From positions 1,680,001 through 1,712,000 of the forward strand of contig NC_006576.1 in assembly GCF_000010065.1 (NCBI RefSeq): a stretch of 32,000 bases of DNA, given 5' to 3'. Below are positions 29,269-32,000 of this stretch, piece after piece (within the stretch, counting starts at the first letter, position 1; every line of letters starts with the position of its first letter). A program made the position numbers and the translations under genes. Below the pieces are notes generated by a model, which worked only from the letters and a program-made list of their open reading frames with translations, was not told the origin of the DNA and made no database searches. The DNA comes from Synechococcus elongatus PCC 6301. GTDB lineage: Bacteria; Cyanobacteriota; Cyanobacteriia; Synechococcales; Synechococcaceae.

Positions 29269-29991
29269 CTACTGGAGAACAGCATCATTATGGTCGGTGA
29301 TGGCCATGGTTGGCCGTGTAAGTACCTGATCAATTAATCCGTAAGCCTTGGCTTCTTCCGGCGACATGAAGAAGTCGCGATCGGTGTCGACTTCAATTTT
29401 TTCGAGGGGCTGGCCTGTGTGCTGGGCGAGCAAGTCGTTCAGCGTGCTCTTGTGATAGAGGATTTCTCTCGCTTGGATTTCAATATCCACGGCCTGACCC
29501 TGAGCACCGCCGAGGGGTTGGTGGATCATGATCCGAGCACTCGGAAGCGCCATCCGCTTGCCTTGGGCACCCCCCGAAAGCAGGAATGCCCCCATGCTGG
29601 CCGCTAGGCCAAAACAGATGGTGGCGACATCCGGCGCAACCTGCTGCATTGTGTCGTAGATCGCCATCCCTGCCGTGACGGAGCCGCCGGGGGAGTTGAT
29701 ATAGAGCTGAATGTCTTTCTCTGGATCTTCGGCTTCCAGAAAGAGCAGCTGGGCCACGATCGAATCGGCAACGGCATCATCAACGCCAGTCCCTAGGAAG
29801 ACAATCCGTTCGCGTAGCAAGCGGGAATAGATGTCAAAGGCGCGTTCGCCCCGGCCGGACTGCTCTACCACCGTCGGCACAATGGCTTGGGAGCCTGCGA
29901 TCGCTTGAATCTGCGGCTGCTGCCAGCGGCTGTCGAGACCAGCGGCCAGTCGTCGGCTGTGGATGGGCAGAGAAGCGTGGGACGAAAACAT
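29269..29991 (-). CDS. ATP-dependent Clp protease proteolytic subunit (clpX-linked)
   Basis: [14 protein letters not shown]...[29 protein letters not shown]...[12 protein letters not shown]...[10 protein letters not shown]. The track start (30177) gives an implausible basic leader; the ATG at 29991 is preferred, though an internal start is possible. Confidence 0.95.
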   Translation of the reverse strand: MFSSHASLPIHSRRLAAGLDSRWQQPQIQAIAGSQAIVPTVVEQSGRGERAFDIYSRLLRERIVFLGTGVDDAVADSIVAQLLFLEAEDPEKDIQLYINSPGGSVTAGMAIYDTMQQVAPDVATICFGLAASMGAFLLSGGAQGKRMALPSARIMIHQPLGGAQGQAVDIEIQAREILYHKSTLNDLLAQHTGQPLEKIEVDTDRDFFMSPEEAKAYGLIDQVLTRPTMAITDHNDAVLQ

Positions 29992-30082
29992 AGAGGAAGG
30001 CACTGGATACAGCAGCGGCAGCGAGAGAGTCCCGCTGCCGACAATTATGCCGCGCCGAACTGGTCGACTGTGAGCGAGCGGC

Positions 30083-31507
30083 TTAGGCTTTTTTCTTGCC
30101 TTTCTTCGCTTTGGGTGCTTCAGGGGCTTCTTCTGCAGTTTCCGTCGCGGTTGTTTCCACGGTCGCGGAGGCAGCATCGACTTCAGTTTCTGCTGCTTTG
30201 GGGGCGACGAAGGTCACGCTGTTGTTGGCCTCAAACCACTCCAGCAGTTTGTCCTCTAGTAATTCTTCGCGGACGACCGTGATGAGGCGATCGCGATCGA
30301 CTTCTTGCGGGCGAGGATAGTTGCTCAGCAGTTCAGCTGCCCGAGCCTTCACGGCTTCGTCATCAACCTGAGTCTCGGTGACTTTTGCCAACTCACCCAG
30401 GGCGATCGTGCGGCGCAGACGTTGCTCGTCTTCGTCCTTGGAATTTTCGCGCAACCGTTCCAGTACTTCTTCGGTGAACAGCTTGCGGACATCCATGCCT
30501 TGTCCCGAGAGACGGCTGGCCGTCTCGTTGATCATGGCAGAGATTTCGCGCTGGAGCAGCGACTCGGGAATTTCCACATCCAGCTGATCGGCCAACGCAG
30601 TCAGGATCGCGTCACGCTTGCTGGCTTTGACTTCGCTCTCATGTTCCGCTTGGAAGCGCTCGGTCAAGGCTGTTTTCAGCTCTTCGATCGTTTCGTACTG
30701 GCTGGCTTCCTGAGCGAAGGCATCATCCAGTTCTGGCAGATCGCGGGTTTTCAGCTCTTTGAGCGTGATTGTGAACTGGGCAGCTTTGCCGGCGACTTCT
30801 TCCTGGGCATAGGTCTCGGGAAAGGTGGCATCAACGGTGCGGGTTTCTTCGATCGCCATGCCAACGATGCCGCTGATGAAGCCTGGGATAAAGCGATCTT
30901 CTTCAACTTCAATTTGGAAGTCGGTGCCGCTACCACCCGGAATTTCTTCGCCGCTCTCGACGAGGATGCCTTGGAAGTCGATCACGGCCACATCGCCGAT
31001 CGCCGCATTGCGGCCTTCGACGGGGACCAAGGTCGCCATCTGTTTTTGTTGCTCGGCTAAAACATTGTCAACGCGGTTGGCATCAAAGGGCACCTCAGCC
31101 ACTTCGACCGTCAAGCCGGTGTACTGCGCTAGGGTTGCCGTCGGCTGCACGTCGACACTGGCTTCAAAGCTGAAAGACTTGCCGGGTTGAAAGGCAGCAA
31201 CGAGCGTCTCAAAGTCGCTGCTCAACTGGTAGTTGCCGATCGCTGGAATCGATTCTTGGGCGATCGCCGATTCCAAGCTTTGCTGAACCAAGTCCTCAAT
31301 AGCGTTGGCCTTGAGAGCGGTTTCACCCAAACGCTGAATCAGAACTGGACGGGGGACTTTCCCAGGACGAAAGCCGGGGAAACGAACTTCGCGACTGAGG
31401 CGGGTGAGGGTACGCTCGTAGACTTGGCGCGACTGTTCGCCACTGACTTCAATCTGCAGACCAACGCGACTGGCCGGCAGCTTCTCCTGGGTAACTTTTA
31501 TCGACAT
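30083..31507 (-). CDS. tig: Trigger factor
   Basis: 474 aa; [37 protein letters not shown], PPIase-like [16 protein letters not shown], SuvA-like C-terminal helices, Lys/Ala-rich tail. Confidence 0.96.
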   Translation of the reverse strand: MSIKVTQEKLPASRVGLQIEVSGEQSRQVYERTLTRLSREVRFPGFRPGKVPRPVLIQRLGETALKANAIEDLVQQSLESAIAQESIPAIGNYQLSSDFETLVAAFQPGKSFSFEASVDVQPTATLAQYTGLTVEVAEVPFDANRVDNVLAEQQKQMATLVPVEGRNAAIGDVAVIDFQGILVESGEEIPGGSGTDFQIEVEEDRFIPGFISGIVGMAIEETRTVDATFPETYAQEEVAGKAAQFTITLKELKTRDLPELDDAFAQEASQYETIEELKTALTERFQAEHESEVKASKRDAILTALADQLDVEIPESLLQREISAMINETASRLSGQGMDVRKLFTEEVLERLRENSKDEDEQRLRRTIALGELAKVTETQVDDEAVKARAAELLSNYPRPQEVDRDRLITVVREELLEDKLLEWFEANNSVTFVAPKAAETEVDAASATVETTATETAEEAPEAPKAKKGKKKA

Positions 31508-31774
31508 CCGAGTTCAGATTATTTGAGGGAGCTGGTTGCAGCGTGGGCAATGATCCAGTGGCCTTGCCATAGGCCAATGATCGCGCTCGAGATCTCAGGG
31601 GGATGGCGATCGCGGATCGAGGCTTCTTTTTTCTGCAGTCTTTGATCGTATCTGATGGACATGGCTCCTGACCAGAATCGATCGAATTGCTCCCAGTCAC
31701 GCTTCAGCCTTGTGGCGATCGCCCGCATCAGGAACAATGCCATGCTGAAACAGGCATAGCGATGTTGTGAGGCC

Positions 31775-32000
31775 ATGCAAGAGGCAAAAGTTGCGGCAAT
31801 TTTGGGAGCCGGTGCTTGGGGAACGACCCTGGCTCAGCTCTTGCGCAGCAATGGCCTTGAGGTGCGGCAATGGTCTCGCCGAAGTGAGACCTCTTTGGCA
31901 GCAACATTGGCAGAGGCCGATCTCTGGATTATGGCGGTCTCCATGGCCGGCTTGGCTTCCGTGGCGGATCAAGTGGCAGCCCTCCAACTGGGCGATCGCG
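31775..32000 (+). CDS. gpsA: NAD(P)-dependent glycerol-3-phosphate dehydrogenase, N-terminal part, runs off the window edge
   Basis: ATG at 31775: MQEAKVAAILGAGAWGTTLAQLLRSNGLEVRQWSRRSETSLAATLAEADLWIMAVSMAGLASVADQVAALQLGDR. Rossmann motif GAGAWGTTLA. Confidence 0.88.
   Translation, partial: MQEAKVAAILGAGAWGTTLAQLLRSNGLEVRQWSRRSETSLAATLAEADLWIMAVSMAGLASVADQVAALQLGDR

Larger units (their letters stand above)
1..32000. repeat. Dispersed HIP1 octamers (GCGATCGC)
   Basis: GCGATCGC occurs many times throughout coding and noncoding DNA on palindromic sites, for example GATCGCGATCGC at about 5339-5350. Confidence 0.95.

Noticed and set aside
30305-31060. 251-aa plus-strand ORF opposite tig
   Set aside because: Antisense to trigger factor, no recognised domain.
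31697-31987. 96-aa minus-strand ORF at the right edge
   Set aside because: The opposite strand encodes the GAGAWGTTLA Rossmann motif of gpsA, a much better explanation.
1-32000. CRISPR array, transposon, prophage or defence island
   Set aside because: I saw no regular direct repeats with spacers, transposase or integrase motifs, or toxin-antitoxin or restriction genes. Repeats seen are HIP1 octamers.

Overview
This window looks like a chromosomal segment of a GC-rich, HIP1-rich (GCGATCGC) unicellular cyanobacterium. Gene content and HIP1 density resemble Synechococcus elongatus; that assignment is from memory and was not searched. From left to right: (1) 5' part of a cysteine desulfurase gene (minus). 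(2) Bidirectional [NiFe]-hydrogenase and maturation cluster hoxU-hoxY-hoxH-hoxW-hypA-hypB-hypF-hypC (plus), with no hoxE/hoxF alongside. (3) A divergent P-loop ATPase-like gene, a small coiled-coil/tail-anchored protein, leuD, a conserved-looking hypothetical, a GDSL/SGNH hydrolase, an aspartate aminotransferase, a VOC protein, a type-4 UDG, a cytochrome c6-like protein, tRNA-Asp, tRNA-Trp and rplS. (4) A cupredoxin, a thioredoxin-like protein, clpR-clpP-dnaJ-like, two divergent GGDEF proteins, a membrane protein and an alpha/beta hydrolase. (5) rpsB-tsf, a small DUF4278-like protein, an LRAT-like gene, then an alpha/beta hydrolase with clpX, clpP and tig, and the start of gpsA. Most of this is ordinary core genome, and I see no phage, transposon, CRISPR or defence island. 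The best leads are: an internally out-of-frame patch in hoxH bounded by putative compensating single-base indels; an LRAT-like gene whose +1-shifted continuation encodes a PspA/IM30(Vipp1)-like coiled coil; a membrane GAF-GGDEF protein retaining both DXCF and canonical-Cys (CY rather than CH) motifs of cyanobacteriochromes; an ATPase with degenerate Walker motifs; and hairpins in the rpsB leader and rpsB-tsf spacer.
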